DNA of 21,911 bases from Trichinella spiralis (lineage: Eukaryota). Below the pieces are notes generated by a model. It made no database searches. It saw nothing but the letters and a program-made list of their open reading frames with translations, and was not told the origin of the DNA. Shown in pieces: positions 20,286-21,911 of this stretch. Each line of letters opens with the position of its first letter. Within the stretch, counting starts at the first letter, position 1. Made by a program: the position numbers and the translations under genes. The stretch spans positions 822,529 through 844,439 of the forward strand of contig NW_003526945.1 of assembly GCF_000181795.1 (NCBI RefSeq), read 5' to 3'.

Positions 20286-21305
20286 TTCAGACATGCGGAG
20301 GCGTGTTTTGACGTAATCAATTTTTGTTTGTTATAGCGTTCTATCGGATAGTTTATATTCTGACTGAATTTTAAATGTCAAGGTCATTTCTGAAGTTTTA
20401 AACAGTCCTCAATGGTTGACTTTAGCTGTGCATTTCAACTCTTTTTTCAAGTAAATTGAAATGAGTTTCATCAAATGCTATTCATTCGCTAGATAAGCGG
20501 TTCGCTGTACTTGAGATTTCACGTTTCCTAATTTCATAGCGTTCGATTAGAATTAATTCCTCGTCCAGAAAATTTTCCAATCAACTCAAACCGGTTTCTA
20601 TCGCTACAGTATGCAAATGAGGATCGCTTGAAAATTGCTTTATCATCAATCAGCAATGGTGCGCTTGTTTGTTTTACTTGTGGGGCAAGTAACAGCATTC
20701 TCAAACGTTCGCGTTAAGTAACTACTGAAGTCGGTTTTTAATTGTTGAAAGTATTTAAAGTTTTCTCGTTCTTACTTTTTTTCGAAACTCTCTATATATA
20801 ATAATTTTGTTAAGGTTATTTTTAATTGAAAATCAGTTACTTCTTTCATTTCCAAATTTTTTGTTCAATTTTTTAATTCCACTGTGTAATAAAGTGCGAA
20901 AAATTTTGATTTAACATTTACCATTCTTACAGATATGATCAATGAAGAAAAGAAGAAGTGAAAANNNNNNNNNNNNNNNNNNNNNNNNNNNNNNNNNNNN
21001 NNNNNNNNNNNNNNNNNNNNNNNNNNNNNNNNNNNNNNNNNNNNNNNNNNNNNNNNNNNNNNNNNNNNNNNNNNNNNNNNNNNNNNNNNNNNNNNNNNNN
21101 NNNNNNNNNNNNNNNNNNNNNNNNNNNNNNNNNNNNNNNNNNNNNNNNNNNNNNNNNNNNNNNNNNNNNNNNNNNNNNNNNNNNNNNNNNNNNNNNNNNN
21201 NNNNNNNNNNNNNACAAGAGAAGACAAAGTTCCTGGGACCCCAATTCTGTAGGTCTGGGATTGGGATACTTCGAAAGGGCGAAGTTATCCCATAGTTGTA
21301 ATTAA
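20286..21305 (+). repeat. Copy 2 of the diverged direct duplication (contains the assembly gap)
   Basis: Same ordered blocks as 19267-19965, with indels. Homology resumes after the N-run. Confidence 0.88.
20965..21213. other. Assembly gap (249 N)
   Basis: Run of N. Confidence 1.
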
Positions 21306-21864
21306 GTTAACGACCAACCTACATGGCTGAGTTTTGAATTAATGCAGTACTTGGTCTTTCACGCAGCAAAATTTATGTATGCAACTGCTTTCATGTGTCG
21401 AAATAATTTTTGATTTTTCCTATATTTTTTAATTTTCATTTTTCTTTTCTTGCATGATTTTACTTTGAACACTTTCTAAAGCAAATTCTTTTCATTTTAT
21501 TTTTATTTTTCAAACTGTAAAAGTTCAAACATTCATTCAAACTTTATTTTCCCCTACTTTATTTTATACATTTTACTGATTTTTCAATTTCCCACATTAT
21601 TCCTTTTGTTTCTTTTTTATTTTCACTTTTTTCCACTTATATTGCACATTTTACTGTTTTTTTTTCATTTTATTTCCTGAAATACTTTTTTTCTGAATCT
21701 TTTATTTTGTGTTTGACTTTGTAAAATCTCTGACACATGAAAAGCATTGCATACAAATAAGTAAACACGTAATAAACCATGGAAAAATAATGGAAATGGA
21801 GAAGAAAGAGAACAAGTGGATAAAGCCAAGATCGGTGAAAGGTTGTGGATAGGTTGGATCGAAT

Positions 21865-21911
21865 CGTTTGTTGGTCAATTGCGTTCGTTGGTCAATTCCG
21901 TTCGTTGGTCA
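21865..21911 (+). repeat. 17-bp tandem repeat (CGTTYGTTGGTCAATTS), at least 2.8 units, cut by the window edge
   Basis: cgtttgttggtcaattg / cgttcgttggtcaattc / cgttcgttggtca. Confidence 0.85.

Noticed and set aside
20865..21305. ORF-track entries spanning the N-run
   Set aside because: Their length is an artefact of the gap; the frame across the Ns is unknown.
21865..21911. CRISPR-like repeats
   Set aside because: The units are contiguous with no spacers, and the context is eukaryotic.

Overview
AT-rich eukaryotic (animal) genomic DNA with many 48-130 nt GT-AG introns. The style is consistent with a nematode such as Trichinella; this is inference and is not proven from the window. Six conserved genes can be assembled by hand: the 3' part of dymeclin (+, 14 exons visible), DAP1 (+, 4 coding exons), intronless INTS10 (+), intronless GC-rich NUP160 (-), MIS12 (-, 5 exons) and ZW10 (+, 6 exons). 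The right end holds a diverged ~1 kb tandem duplication with an N-gap, and a 17-bp minisatellite at the window edge. The most notable points are: (1) three adjacent kinetochore-associated genes, with MIS12 and ZW10 head-to-head; (2) an intronless, CpG-rich island (INTS10 3' half plus NUP160) in intron-rich AT DNA; (3) a duplicated promoter-plus-micro-ORF unit that keeps nuclear-receptor, octamer, GATA and forkhead motifs; (4) two stretches with splice-site architecture but no coding frame. No clearly novel biological system can be proven from sequence alone. All family calls rest on motif recall rather than database searches.
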